This document shows positions 1 through 14,470 of a DNA stretch of 64,000 bases, piece after piece. The notes below the pieces were generated by a model. That model made no database searches. It was not told the origin of the DNA and saw only the letters and a list, made by a program, of their open reading frames with translations. The DNA comes from Bispira polyomma (lineage: Eukaryota), in contig OZ287752.1 in NCBI GenBank assembly GCA_965649765.1, positions 57,908,001 through 57,972,000 on the forward strand. The letters are read 5' to 3'. Each line of letters begins with the position of its first letter. The first letter of the stretch is position 1. A program made the position numbers and the translations under genes.

Positions 1-190
1 ATAAAATATACCTGTATAATCGGCTATATAGAAACAACTAGAACAAACAGGAGGTCAACGACTATCAGCGGTCTGCTACATGAAATAGTAGATTTAGAAT
101 TTCGCCTCTCTGGTCCTGTGTGAGATTGCAGGCCAGTGTGTAAAATGTTATATTGTGCACGTAAAGATCCACCTATATAGAATAGTGTTT

Positions 191-835
191 GGACAACCGT
201 AAATAACCATGACTGGCCAAGGAGAACTGTAAAAAAGTCCTGACTGATCCTAGAGAACTGGAAATGGTGTTGACTGACCCGGGGGAGAACTTTAACATAG
301 TCCTAACTTATTCTGGAGAACCGTAAATAACCATGACTGGATAACTGTTAATAGCCCTGATTGATCATGGAGAACTGTAAATAGTTCTGACCTACCCTGG
401 AGAACCGTGTATAATCCTAACTGAACCTGGGGAACCGTACAAAGCCCTAACTGACTCTGAAGAACTGTAAATAGTCTTGACTGACCCTGGAGAACTGTAA
501 TTAGTCCTGATTGACCCTGGAGAATTGTAAATAGTCCTGATTGACCTTGAAAAAATCTAAATAGCCCTGATTGGCCCTGGAGAACTGTAAATAATCCTAA
601 TTGACCATGGAGAAATGTAAAAAGCTTTGATTGACTCTGGAGAAATGTGAATAGCCCTGACTGATCCTGGAGAACCGTATCTGACCCTAACTGACCATGG
701 AGAACTGTATAATACTAACTGAAAACTGTGAATAGCCCTTGCTGGCCCCGGACAAATGTAAATAACCCTGACTTACCCTGGAGAACCGTAAACAGCCATG
801 ACTTACCATGGAGAACCGTGAATAAAAGCCTGATC
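191..835. repeat. Degenerate ~30-bp minisatellite (consensus ~CTGACCCTGGAGAACTGTAAATAGTCCTGA), about 21 copies
   Basis: GGAGAAC(T/C)GTAAATA recurs at ~30-bp spacing from ~191 to ~835. Confidence 0.92.
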
Positions 836-3564
836 ATCTGGCAAGAGCTGACTATACGAGCCAATTTTTGGACATGCTTAAAGATTCCGTTAATCATCCT
901 TGTTTAACTGTGATTCACCATGATGGACCCTGGTTCGGAATAGTAATAATCTTCATTAACTCTGTTTGATGTGGTAAACCATAAGCTGTCGTCACTATTG
1001 TACAAACATTTGTCTTCCGTTGTGACACCCTTGTGTAACAGTAGATCATCCTGTCACTCGACAATTGATAACCGCCCATGGTGCAGGTCAGTGATAATTG
1101 CCCCGTATAATTGTCAGGAGGGTTCTCTCCAGTTTCTCTGTCCTAGCTAACAACATGTGAATTACATTGAAAATCTCATGTTGTGGTGGGACTGCAGCAT
1201 TAGATGGTAACAACCTTAAAGTACTTAGACATAGAGGGAGGTTTTGGGGGGACACATTCCCCCTATCTTTGATCTATAACTTCATTATATCACTGGGGCT
1301 AACACAAAACCAGATAGAACTACTCTGACTTCTTATGGTTACTTATTATCATCTACAATAAACTTCATCAGTTGGGGACCCAGACACAATTTGGATGTCA
1401 TTTGCTTGTATTTTTATACAGCATTAGTATTTTGTTCTCTACCTTTCTGTGTAGAAAAAAATGTTACAGATCCAAAGTTGAATGGACAGGCTTTCCTTTT
1501 TCTTGTTGTTGGTAACAAGTTGGTATTGTCTTTTTTTTGCTACACAATAGGATTTTTAACATCATTTTCAGTGTTATAAATATCTTATACAAGTCATGTG
1601 TTACAGCATGAGGAAAACCACATAATTGTCTTATGGCTTTTTACTGAATAAGGGATTTTGAAAAACTTTGATCTAGGTTTTTGTCACCACACCTTCTTTT
1701 GTTTAAATATAAATTGATCAGTTCCTATTAAGAAGTGGTTATTGTCTTCAAAAGATCACCAAAATAATGTTAATGATAAAACATAGCACTAAATCAACTT
1801 GAAAGAGATTATTTAAAAAATATTAATATTTATTTTTGTTGATATTAACTGATTTTGTTCAAAATGATATTATTATATTTTTAAATTCTTATTATAGATT
1901 CAAAGACACTTCATTCCACGTCAATAATCATATTGGCAAAACTATTGAATCCAATGTGAAGCCCTCTATAATGCAGATGCACAAAAATATTTTTACACTT
2001 GATTGCATTTACTTGTAAAGTATATGAGCTTTGTAGTACAATCAATTTTGTCAGTGTGATGGGTGTAAAAGTTATACATCTTGAAGATAACACTTCAAGC
2101 CGGTGTTTTAAATTATTGTTTACTTATAATGAGAACCTCAGATTAAAACTTAATACTATACATCTGCTCCAACTTGCCTTATATTATTGCTGACCTTTGA
2201 CCATGAACCAAAACTGCCATGCTGTTGCGATGACCATGACCTTTTATTATCCATCAATAAGGTTCATATACACTAGAAATTGTACGTTTTGTACCATATT
2301 TAATATCTGAAGGAAATACAAATATTATATTAAAATGATTACTAAATTATTATTTTTATAAAATTCTATATTGAATGGGAAGCCAGTTTAGTGTTTTTGA
2401 AACATGGAACCGCCCAGGCCAAAAAGTAGACAACAGCTGCCAGTAGGGAACGGCAGGTTCACAACTTGCTCAAGGATTTTTAATCTCCAGCAATAAGCTT
2501 AATCTTAAGGTTGAAATAAATTGATATTGACTATCGAAAGAGCTCTATTTTGCATTCAGATATCATTCAACTTTTTATCAACTTTGGGATTTGGTTTCAC
2601 TTTCGTTTTTAAATTGTAAAATAGCATGTATACAATAATATTTTAAATTATTCACATTTGCTTTAACCGAAAGGCTGTATTAAAAAGCTAGTGACCTTGG
2701 CTTTAAAAAGGTTATGTTTAACCAGGCAACAGTAATAAAGATCACAATATGTAGAAATAATAAAGCTCTAAACAAGTGGTTTGCAAGTTAATTCTAGCAG
2801 AGTAAGAGTTAATTTGATTTACACTAGTGTTTATTATGTAAGGCCTAATAAGACAAGAAGAAACCATGATAAAAAGCTTAAGTAATCCCACAACAAAACA
2901 ATCCAGATACATGGATTAAAGTCAAGACTTAAAATGTATTTATTCATGCTTTTCAAGAAAATAATTCTACCTTTACTTTGATATATTTTGATGCCAATAA
3001 CAAACCATTATAACAAACAATTATGTCTATACAAAATTTTCGAGAATCTTCCAATTAATCATAATACAGTACACAAGGTACTGACCTACATACCTCAGAA
3101 GCATTACTTTCTGTAGACCCTATCAATCTGTTCTTAAACATCTGTTCTTGTTCTTACCCGAACCACAGTAAATTCCCTGCCAGAGACTGGTAATGTGAAG
3201 TATGGCAATGTTATGGAATACTTGCATTATGTGCACTTAAACTGTCTCTCTCTACCAAAGGAAAGGGAAACATTCAACATTGGTCCATTTCTTACTGTTT
3301 TCTTGGGTGGAGTATATTATCTGTTTGTGTGTATCTGTGTATGTATGCCAGAGAAAACAAAACAAATAAACAAAATGATGAGATACCACATCAAAAGGAA
3401 TACTCATACAACACATGCTCAGTTCTCGCTTGAGTGGAGTGTGATCTGTGGTTTGTATTTCCTATGTTTTATTATAGGTCTAACTGTCACGGTAATAATG
3501 TAAATGTGTGTAGGTTTATAATCTACTATCACCTCTATTGAGGTCTCAGTCAACTTCACAGTTT

Positions 3565-3781
3565 GGACCCTCAGCCTGGGTTCTTCAACTTGTCAACCAA
3601 TCGTTCAGTCTCGGCTCCCTCAGAAAACAAAAAGCCGTGCTGCCATATCCTACGCACAAAGAGCAACACCCTTTAGTAGCCAGGTACCCATTTATACAGC
3701 TGGTAGAGAAGGACAACTGCAGCCAGGATCGAACCAGGCCTCTCAGATCTAAAGTCTGACACTCTAACCACTAGGCCACAA
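3565..3781 (-). mobile_element. tRNA-derived SINE, family A
   Basis: Minus strand reads TGGCCTAGTGG (A box), GGTTCGATCC (B box), then CAGCTGTATAAATGGGTACC. Homologous copies at ~7022-7650 and ~29575-29820. Confidence 0.8.
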
Positions 3782-3984
3782 AGACCACAGCCAATTTTTA
3801 AACAATCAATAGTAGTAACATTATCATTGTATTAGATTTTTGATTTTTAATACGCCTTTATTAATGTGATGCATCATCTAAAGCACAATGTCTGAATCAG
3901 TTAACCAATAGAGAAGTCCAAAAAATAGCCATGGTTGTAAAGAAGCATTTGGGGGTGTACAAGGAGGGAACTAAGGAATGTAAG

Positions 3985-4130
3985 CACGTTAAAAGAGGAA
4001 GGTTTTAAACTTTTTATTAAGCCCAGAAAGTGTTACAAGTGATATAAGCTCAACTGAGAGACTATTCCATGACATAAGGGCAGGAATATATAGAATGCCT
4101 TTGATCCAGATCCATTGGCAGGTTTAACAG
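3985..4130 (-). mobile_element. LINE (L2/CR1-group) ORF2 3'-end remnant
   Basis: Minus-strand translation GSKAF..(frameshift)..WNSLSVELISLVTLSGLNKKFKTFLF* resembles the WNSLP...FK..LKT.LF C-terminus of L2/CR1 ORF2. Confidence 0.6.
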
Positions 4131-4259
4131 AGGAAACAGAAAGTATCTTTGCCCCTTTTAAGTTTGCTGAAAAAGAGGCTAACATCAAGGTAGCAGGTCT
4201 GTTGAGAGACAACATCATTGCAATTTATTCTACAGTCCAAAATATAGGTTTTAACATTA

Positions 4260-4610
4260 TCCTTGGGTTTCTTTTACATCACAATTGTAAAAACCTTGTC
4301 TGTACAAATGTCTTCTAACTCCTCTTTTCGTTGAAACTCTGACTAATGAAAGTAGTTCACTTTGAATTTCAGCTATAGTACAAACTCTCCTGTCGTTGGA
4401 AATTTTGCCAAGGTAGCAACTAATTTTGGTCTATTATATTTCTGAAAGCACCACTACCTAGACGTCTAATATGTGAGCCAGTCTGTCTTTGTTTCTGTAT
4501 TACTCTTCTGACAGTTCGCATTGCACAGTTAAGTTGTTTTGCAATGTTTCGGGCCGTTACTACAGCCACAGTAAGCCTGATAACCAGGTGTATCTCTTGT
4601 TGAACACATT
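4260..4610 (-). mobile_element. Tc1/mariner transposase N-terminal (HTH) remnant, frameshifted
   Basis: Minus strand gives RNIAKQLNCAMRTVRRVIQKQRQTGSHIRRLGSGAFRK and, after a frameshift, VSTKRGVRRHLYRQGFYNC. Both match the Tc1 paired-like HTH / GRPR-linker pattern. Confidence 0.7.
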
Positions 4611-4867
4611 CTTACTGTACTTAGAGTGCAAATAATAATGGTGTTTAACACATACTAAAACATGTTGATATTATACTATCATGGATGAATTTCTTACCAA
4701 AATCATAAAATGTCAGAATAAACAATAAATACTGTCACACAAAATCACCCATCTATAAGTGGGTTAGCATGTTTAATGTCAATAGAGTGTCTGCTGTCCG
4801 TATGTCTGTGTATCTAACTCAAAATGTATCTGTCTCTGTGTGTTTGTCTGTGTTCATCTTAATGTTA

Positions 4868-5130
4868 AACTTCTATAGCAGCCCAATCGATGTCCAGGCA
4901 TCCTCTATACCGTAAATCCAGATCAAAGATCCACCAAAAGTAATCTGTTCGAAAGCAAAGAGTTTGGCGATGAAAGTCCAGTCACAACTGACCGATCTAT
5001 GTTATTGCAGAAAAGCAAGTTGATACAGAGATAGGGTTTGAATTGTTTGTGAAAAACCTGTAATCGTTGTTTGAGTATGGATCCTGGCAGGGAGACTATT
5101 CCATTCAGAAGGTGCTTTATATCTGCGTGT
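4868..5130 (-). mobile_element. LINE (L2/CR1-group) ORF2 end plus 3' UTR
   Basis: Minus strand gives YKAPSEWNSLPARIHTQTTITGF. The 3' UTR motif ATGCCTGGACATCGATTG is shared with a second remnant at ~31873-31890. Confidence 0.65.
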
Positions 5131-7021
5131 CAATAAGTCTCTCTGCCTCTGTGTCCTGTTGTTCGAGCTATGTATTAATCTCTTTTTTGGTCTGACATGT
5201 GATTACATGACCTGTCATACCCACTCCCACTTCCACAACATCCCCTTCCTAGCATGGCTTTTCATCTTACTGCTCAAACTAAAACTTATCAAGACTGGAA
5301 TTATAAATAAAACTCATCAACAGATGTAGAAGTCATAGAACTGGTACGGCAAGGTTTTAATTTTTATAATCACAGTTATGGAGATGAAAAAAGCCGAAAT
5401 CAAGAGAGAGAAACATTAAAAAAATGTACATATACAACAAAAATGGACTTATCTAACGCACAGAGAGGTCCATTTACTTGGAGTACAGTTCTAAATCACT
5501 GGCTTTTCATTTGCATCTGACTTCCCATTTCTGTTGAAAGCTTATGCCTATTTACTGGAAAACATGCAAAAAGTTAAGTCTTTCTTTGACACCGGGTGAC
5601 ACTGGCTTTAATTAATTTTATGTTTTGGTAAACGCTTTGGTAGTCTGATTACAGAAAGCATGTGGCTAGATGTGGTTAGTAATTATTTTTTTTTTGTATA
5701 AAAATCTGTAGATAATCTGATTTCTTCATAAAGCTGACAGGTGAGGTAATACAGAGCATGGGAGTAAAACCATGACATAATTGAATTATTTTCAGTTTGG
5801 GTTTAACGCTGCATTTAAAACATTTTGTGTCATATTGCAGAGATAAGTTAACTGATGGGGGGGGGGGGGGCGATCAGAGCAGGGGGGGAGGGGGGGATCA
5901 GAGCAGGGCAGTTGGTCAAAGTTTTCAACTCTGCTGACTGAATCAACCCTGACTGCACAGGTGGGGGATAAGAATATGATCTGCATGACAATGTCCTACT
6001 AACATATTCCCATGATCTTAGAGAGATCTCAAGACATATCATTTATGTTCATTTATTTATTTTCAATTTAGCATTGCTTTTAACAACCATGTATCATAAA
6101 TACCAACCAAAAGTTTATTAGTTAAGGCAAGCAGTCCAGAGTAGTCGATCAAGATTTATTTACACTACTACAAACCACCGGTCTTCAGCAAGTTTACTGC
6201 TAAATACTCCGATGTATATGCCCTGACTGAGAGAATCCAACCCCAGCTGCAGATGTGGGGAGATAAGAGATATAAGTCTGTTGACACATTGTTGAGTTAT
6301 TTTGGGGTTTTCATTATTGTCAACTGGAGCTAATTAGATTTTTAGATGAGAGAAAATCTATTCTGTGTAAAAAAACTAGATGTGCATGTCACCAACTTTT
6401 AGCAAGTACCTAGCAAATAACTGTTTTCATTCATGCCACAGTCAAACCCAGAAGTACATCCGTGGTGGGAAAGTGTCTTACCACTACACTACGGAGAACT
6501 TCCTTTGACTTTGAATATATCTATTATTGTGATTATTATTATTGATGCTAGGCAGCTTTTAATGTGCAACAAGAGAATTAGTTAATCTATCGTGTAAAGC
6601 TAAAAAGGAAACGATAATGTATGCTTTGATGACAGGCATATTTAATTGAAAATTACGTTTAAATTTATTTTCCTTTTAGTTAAAGTGTTTATACACTTGT
6701 TCTCCAAGAAGGGATATAATCCTACAATATTGCATTTTTCATCTTCAAAATTCTATTATTATGTTCACATCTAGTCCAAAGATGAATAGCGTAGCCTCTC
6801 TTTGTGCTTAAAGAGTTGACGCGATCCTTTCAGCAGTAATTACTGATATGCAATCTGGCATATAGGTCTGAGCTGTGAATGTGTGATATTGTAAATATTA
6901 TGCTGAATAAAATGTTTCAAATCCAATCCAATCTAAAGGCTGTTGTTATCAAACCAATAATAATAATTATCTATATAGCACATTTATTAACATTACTGTT
7001 ATCTAATGTGCTTTGACATTA

Positions 7022-7650
7022 TTACCCCAGCCTTGGTTCTTTACTTTTCAACCAATTGTTCAGTCTCCCTCAGGATGCATACTAGCCGTGCTGCCACATA
7101 CAGCTCACAAAGACTAACACTAATTAGTGGCCACGTACTAGTGCTGCTATTGCTTACGTTTTGAAAAAACGGTTGTTGTTCACAAGTTAGCGACAGAAAA
7201 CCAGTAAATTCCGTTTTTACTTTTATTATAAATATTTTTCTACGGCAAATAATGCCATTCGTCTGAACTTCCTGTTTCCTGTCAAAACAACTGTCAAAAC
7301 TCCAAAACTCACCTAGAAAGTTCATATGCGTTGTGAAACATAAAAATACTAAAGTAAAGTTTATAAAATGGTAAAATATGACCAAATCATGGGAAATTGT
7401 ATTTTACAAAAACTGGTATCATTAGATATGAACCGTATGTTGTTCGTTATGAGTATAGCGAAACGAAAACTGCTTTCCCGGTATTCCGTTAACAACACTA
7501 CTTCATACCCATTTATACACCTGGGTAGAGAGGGACAGCTTTGTGTAAAGTACCTTGTGCAATGGTACATTCACCAGGCGGGCAGCGAGGATCGAACCGG
7601 GACCCTCAGATCTTTTAGATCTAAAGTCGGACACTCTAACTGCTGGCTAT
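7022..7650 (-). mobile_element. SINE family A copy split by a ~370-bp insertion (7138-7505)
   Basis: Both halves align to the intact copy at 29575-29820. The intact junction CCAGGTACCCATTT is interrupted as CCACGTA[insert]TACCCATTT. Confidence 0.8.
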
Positions 7651-10600
7651 AACATATTATTTTCGAGCTGTTCAGGGTTAAACCAGATACCTTTGCACCA
7701 TCAGACATAATTCCTGAACATGCAGACACCGAATACATTGTTTTATATATCTGACAATAAAATAAACAATTGCTGCAACTAATTCGCCATTTGTCTAAAT
7801 CTCCTCAAGTCTTCTGTGTGTGACAATTTGATGTTTTTGGACAGAAAAAAACACACCAAGGAAACGGTTTCTCCAAGGTAAAACTACTCAATATTACGAA
7901 GATTAACAACCATAACTAACGAGTCTATTGGTGCCCTAGTTACCAGAAGGAAAGACATTTGTGACATAAAACTAGGCCTGCATTATGTAACACAGAATAA
8001 CCCTTTTGGAGGGGGTTGGGGGGGTGAGATTAAGGTCAGCTCATATATTTAACGGCTAAGTAGATTAGGGAGTGAATTTTTGAAGCTGGGGATCTGGTTA
8101 GTGTGATGTAATAGGGTCTTTTTAACTGAACATTAATCACATACGGTCTGGTATGGGTAGATTTGACAGCACAGTTGCCATAGAGGGCGATAATATGGGA
8201 TGTTATTGAATTTGTAAATAAGGAACATTGTCAAAGTAGGTGATAAAATATGAAATTAAACTTTAATTAAAAAAATAATGATACCCGATATTATTAAGTT
8301 TCTAACAAAGCAGCATTTCCACAGCGGTGAAAATTTAAGACATTATTTATTATGTATAAAATAACAGTATCATGGGGGGGGGGGGGGGGAGGAGTGGTGA
8401 TATCAAATAATTTGGTTTGTGGAAAGATGGAATTCATGGTTTGATGAGTTAAGTAAGATTTACTTATTAAACTAATGGTGTTTTGTATAATGTTGTTTTA
8501 CATAATAAAATAATGTTGTTTGGTATAATAAAATACTATGTGGTTCATGCAATTCTTTAACGATTTCTACACAAATGTTGCTGGCTCCAATATTTAAAAT
8601 TGCAATTAGTTATTTACTCGAAAAAATGGGCAAATAAATAGTTAGTGCTAATTTTAAACTGTTGGGTATATTGATATAAACTGTGATATCAATATGGTTT
8701 ATTATGAGTGACACATTTTCTACACACACGTATGGGATTACAGGGATCCAGTGGTTAATTCAAAGTGTTCACTTAGCTATCACTTGTCTGCCCTGAGCTC
8801 TTGAAAACAGTTATATGAATTCCACTGCTTCCTCTCGTACCTTGTATATTGCTGTAAGTTGGTGATTTATGGTATATATCTAGTTTTCCATGTGCTACAT
8901 TTTTGCACCAATAAATCTAGTTTGTCCCAGCATAAGTAAAGTTGAAAATAATGTAAGCCCCCAAAATAAGTTCAAACTCTAACTCAACACTGTCCCACCT
9001 TTGCAGTCAGGGTTTGATTTTTTTCCCAGCAACGGCATGTACATAAAGGTGTTTGGCAGTAGACTTGCTGAAGACTAGTAATGTGTAGTGTACTGCAAAT
9101 CTTGACTAACTACTCCTGTAGTGCTTTCTTACTACTCCTTACACAGGTGTTAAATAAAATGTTAAACTGAAAATAAATACTTAGATAAACACTGATATCT
9201 CTAGAGCTCTCTCTAACATCATGAGAATAGATTATTAGTTTATTGTTCCTGCAGCCCGCACTGTGCTGGGATTAATTAGTACTTCTGGCTAGCCCTTAAA
9301 ACATGTCTCTAAGTGTCCCCTTAACCCCTATAAATTCTTCCTTGAGAAGCTATAGTCAAAGGGCCATTCATCTGACATGGGAAATTGGCAGTCATTGCTT
9401 CCTTGTTTACACAAAGTCCACTGGGAGAGTGCCTCTTTGTAAACGTTCTGTTTTATGTTGCCATATTTTGAATGAGCCAATCAAAAGTCATATCAATAAA
9501 TCCGGTTTTGGGTTTTTATTGTTTTTTTTTTTGGTGAGCTCCTTTCATGTCTATGGACATTGATTATAATGGTTGTTTGGCTTAACAGCTTAATAACAAT
9601 ACAAATTAAGTGTGAAGCTTTACAGGTGACTAATGAAAATGATTTGTACTAAATATGAAAAGAGAATAGAATGGTCTAATTGTACCAATTATTACAAAGC
9701 TTATTCAAATTTGTAATTTTAATCACAAGTAGTTTCATAAAAGAAATATGTACAAACATTTATTCATTGTAATATATAAGTCCCAATCACACCAAAGAAG
9801 CATGACTTTTTATGTAATATTTTCAATATTATGTCAACTAAATAGTTCTTGAATAAGTAAGTGAACAGTGGGCCCAATATTTGCTGGAATATAGCTCAAC
9901 TCGTCACCAAAGCAAACTCGACATCAATCAATAACCAGTCGAACAAAGTCATCACAGCTACTTAACAAACTTTATCAATAAAATAAATAAACTGTTCCTT
10001 TTTATCAATTGAATTGAATAGTTTCAAAAAGAAATTTTGTTGATATTTTGTAAAATAGTTTACCTGCATTGTCATACAATTTATAGAATTAAAATTCACT
10101 ACAAAATAAAAATTCTAGTTCTTCAGCATTCTCTGGTCTTATTCTCTATTTACACCAGTTCATTCCATTTATCCCCTGTGTATATTGAATAATTGTAAGT
10201 TGATTCCACCTTGGTTGTGACGAGCTTGTTTAGAATTGATGGTTAGTTTGCTTATAGACTGGTGCCGAATTTGTTGGTGCCTAGTTGCCTTTGGGGATGA
10301 CTAAACCATATACCATAAACATATTTTTAAGACCCATGAAGTCAGTAGTTGAGGTAAAGTACAGTTTTTGCAAAAAGAAAATAATTTACTTGATTCATAA
10401 TAGAAAGAACCTCTGACAAAAGCTATGAAAAAACCCCCATAAAATCTCGGCCGTTACCATGTCACAAGTGTAGATCACACAGGAAGATATCTATGGATTT
10501 TCTGCCCTCCCTTTGTTTTAATATCTTGACCTACTTATTCTCTACTAACAAAATAAGAGTTTTAGTTACACAGAAAAAGTATGTGTTTTTTGCACCTCAA

Positions 10601-13600
10601 ACTTGATTTATAGGTAAGTATATCATTTACTCTGCTATCTTTAATAGCTGCCTATAATTCTTACTAATTTTTACTATGGCGTTTTTTTTTTTTATTTTGT
10701 ATTGTGTTTTTGCTTTCTAATATTAACTATAATTCCCACGACTGACAACCTTTTCTTCAACCAACACATCTACTAGTCTAGCAGCCGACATTGCTGTAAA
10801 GAACCACTAAATCATGGGATTTTTTGTTGCTTGTTTCAACAGAAACTTGATTTCAATTGGAATTTTTTTTAACCAGACAGGTTATAAGTCATTCATTTTG
10901 TACTTCAACTCAAACAGATGAGAGTCAGACATTTATTTAGATAAATAGGTCAGTTCTCCAGTTTTTTTTTGTAAAGAAGGTTTAAACAACTAGACTATCT
11001 GGCCAAGTAGTGTACAAAATCGAGGATATGATATTTTTTCTTGCTAAAAAAATGTGATGCAATAAATTTCTGAAGAAGAAAATCATAATTTTTATTTAAT
11101 AGATAAAAATATTTTTCAATGTTTTAAATTACTTTTCAACTAGGCCAGGGAGTGTACCTTTTAGTCCAGTTCGATAGGTTTGTTGGTTGCGCAAGGGCCA
11201 AGAAAGAAACCTTTAAAATTTAGCACGGATCCATGTCAAACGGTAGATCTAGTATTTTTTTAGCACTGGCGGAGTAATACTCTCTAATGAGTGCCCATCT
11301 AGTTTTTAAAAAGAACTTGGTGAGAGGAGGGGAGGAGTTACAGGGGAAGTGTCTGGAGAAACGATTGGTTTCATTAGTAACCAGGTTTTCTATGATAGCT
11401 TCCACATGTCTGTGTGTATTATTCTGTCATCAGTATTAGCCCTGATTTCACGCCTTGTCTAGAAAATGGGGTTAACTTTGGCTGAACTTTTCACTCCTGC
11501 TTGATTTAACAGATACCAGGCAGTTTGTAATGAGAGGTGGACATATTGTTATGGTTCAGTTGTAACTTAAACTCAAACCTGTGCATAACGGCTAGTGCTA
11601 AAGGGAACAAGTGAAGTACTAGTGGACATTTTGGAATGGAAAGTAATTTTGTTTATCAGCTAATGTATAAAAAGCTGATTCTAACTAAAAATATTTGAAA
11701 CCTGAAACATAATGGGATAGATAGTAGAAACTTAAATTTCAGTGAAATTCCTAAAAATATGATAAATCATTACATTTTTATTCTAGGTAAATTTCCCACT
11801 GATACAGTCATTATTTAGGATTTAAAGTACTTACCAACCCTTTTTCCTGCACAATTACTGCCAACCAGCAGCAGTAAGCAGTCATCTTTAGGATTGAGGA
11901 TGGCTAGTTCTGTTTTCAATAAGGCTCTAATGCGGTGGAATTCTGAGCTATAGGACTGCTATTTATTTTAAGAGGGTGTCTGGGCCAATACATCTATGCC
12001 TATACCTTGTATGGACCCCATGTCAGTGGAGTTGTGTTAAGCAAGTTTGTTACATAGTAGGTCACAGAAATGGACTTTCTGGTTGAAAGTTCATAAAGGG
12101 TGGCAAAAGAAAAAAACCCACTGGGTATTCAGTGAGTGTTGTTTACACAGAGACAGAGGGTTGATGTAAACTGTGAAGTAAACAACAGAGTAACAGAAGC
12201 TCCTAAAATTTCCGTAAAACTAATAAACAACACATTGATTTGCTGGCAGTGGTAATAGCAAATGTCTTTACCTTGAATGCACTTGTTTTAGGGAAGCTCG
12301 AGAGTGTCTGTAGGACTTAGAGTACGGAGAGAAGGCTCACCTTATGTTATTGTCAACACTTAAAGCCGAAGCCTAAAATACAGGTTCTTCTACACAGATC
12401 CTCAAATGTTCATGGAAGTCATGGAAGTAAGTTAAAGTATGTTACATGATCAACCACTACAGCTTCTTTAAGTTTAAGAAAGAGTGTAGACCACAATATT
12501 GCAGGTGGTAGTCTGTGTTTTTAGTCAAATAAATTCAAGGATAAACAACTGTGTGTAAGGTTAATTAAGGATCCACCTTAGTAGTAGTAGCCCATAGAGT
12601 TAATTGGCTGCCAATATGAGTTTGGGTTGAAGGGAGGGGGGGATATATTCCACTTCCACTGTAAGTTAGAAAAAGGACTGCTACCATATTCTTCAAACAA
12701 ACTTAAGCTCAAACTTTGACATAACTCAGGAGATACTTATGTGTAACTCTAGTATAGATATATAACCTACCCTTGTGACCATTCATTTTAATAGAGCTTT
12801 CAACACTGAATTCAAATAGGCAGTCAGATTTTATGTAGCTTCATTTTTACCAGAGAAAAAGGAAGACCATGGAGTCAAGTTTTTGAGTCTGGGTTGAGTT
12901 GGAGATTTTTTTTAAAGAGTATGGCCACCACAGGCGCAAAGGCTGTCTTATTTAATTGGAGAGAAGGGATTGGCTAACAGTCCTAATAGTATTGGACTAA
13001 ATTATCAAGTGTCTTTAATTTGCACAGACCCATAGGATTAGAAATGGTACATACAGAGATTGACACAAGAGACTGCTGAAGAACTAATAAGTAAAAGATT
13101 TCAAAATAGTACTGGCCTTGTTCAGTCAAGTAGTGTTATATCATAAGGGACCTTTTTTTACAAAAATACAGTTTAATTTAACTAGTCATCTTAACCATTA
13201 AAGACTTAGGCTCAAGCCATTCAAATCTTACCATATATTGCTCTTCAAAAGTTAGTTTCACTTAATGACTTGTAACAGGCCGTGTTCTTAATGGCCTTGG
13301 TGGATATTTATAGTAAAGCTTTTGTGGTTTTATTAGTAGAAGGTAAAGTTAGCATATGTGCCTAGTAATGTGACTGGTCAATTAGGACCAAGTCACTGAG
13401 TCTACAAAGGTCAATAAGTCAGTGTAAATAGAATAAATGCAAATGGTACTGAGGCCTGGAATACCTTACAACTGGGAGTCTTCATGCAAGGGAAAATCAA
13501 AGTTGGTAATATTTGTATTGTGAATTTTTCACCCCCCCCCCCCCCCTCTAGAAAAAAAGATCCAATGAGGTTAAAATTAATGGATTACCGTCCCATTAAC

Positions 13601-14245
13601 ATGCATCATTATTACTAATAAAACCGCTGTACAACTACTATCACTACTGACTATAATCATTAGTACTAGGCTCCTTACATCTGAACATCTGAAGGTGATT
13701 ACTTATACTAATTCACTTAAGGTGCAGCGGTAAAGACTAACATTTTTTTCTTGGTATTCTATTCTGTCAGTCATTGTCCTCATAGAGAGTCAATTGGCCG
13801 TTATCAATAGTTAATATCTTTGGCCAAGAATGTTATTATTCTCCAATGACCATTATGGTGTCACCTAGAGTAGAAGGTGGAACCTTATCATCACAAAACA
13901 AACTCCCTAACTACTTGACCATTCAAAACTGACATTTATGCATTCGGATGAGACAACAAAACACAATGTGAAAATGTTTATTTTATGGTGTGGTGTAAAA
14001 GGACATTGTATCTGCCACTATGATCCTGTAGGATATGCTAGTTGCTTATGAATGCAGAGTACCTGTGTTTGAACCCAGTTTTGGGGCCCCCAGACACATA
14101 GTATATGCCTTGTATATGCTAATATATGGCCACCCCCAAGCCTCTCTCTCTTCAGTAAAGAGATTAAACAGTTACTGGTGCTAGTTGTAATGTAATTGGG
14201 CAGTCAAGAAAATTTTAATGAGCTTTGTCAAAATAAGTCAATTTG

Positions 14246-14470
14246 AATTTATTTGGTTTTATGTCGCTTTCAACAGCTTTGGTTATATTGCGATTGCCAG
14301 AATTAGTGGTGGGGAAAACAAGTGCTGATGCACTATAAACCACCGACCTAAGGCAAGTCCCTGACAAACTTTCCCTCATGAAGAAGGAATCTGTGGGGTT
14401 CGATCCTCGGAGGTGAAAGGCTAGTGATTTTTAAGCAGATGATTATAACCACTAGGACACCGCTGTCCCT
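14246..14470 (-). mobile_element. tRNA-derived SINE, family C (V-SINE-like body)
   Basis: Minus-strand head GGGACAGCGGTGTCCTAGTGGTTA; body AAACCACCGACCTAAGGCAAGT..CTGACAAACTTTCCC is shared with 29912-30137. Older copies near 6050-6260 and 8985-9175. Confidence 0.72.

Noticed and set aside
5856-5910. G-quadruplex-like G-runs (also 16325-16355 and 16843-16887)
   Set aside because: Poly-G/C tracts are frequent throughout the window; nothing indicates function.
12135-12235. Cluster of forkhead-like motifs as an enhancer
   Set aside because: Short AT-rich motifs are expected by chance at this base composition; no conservation data.
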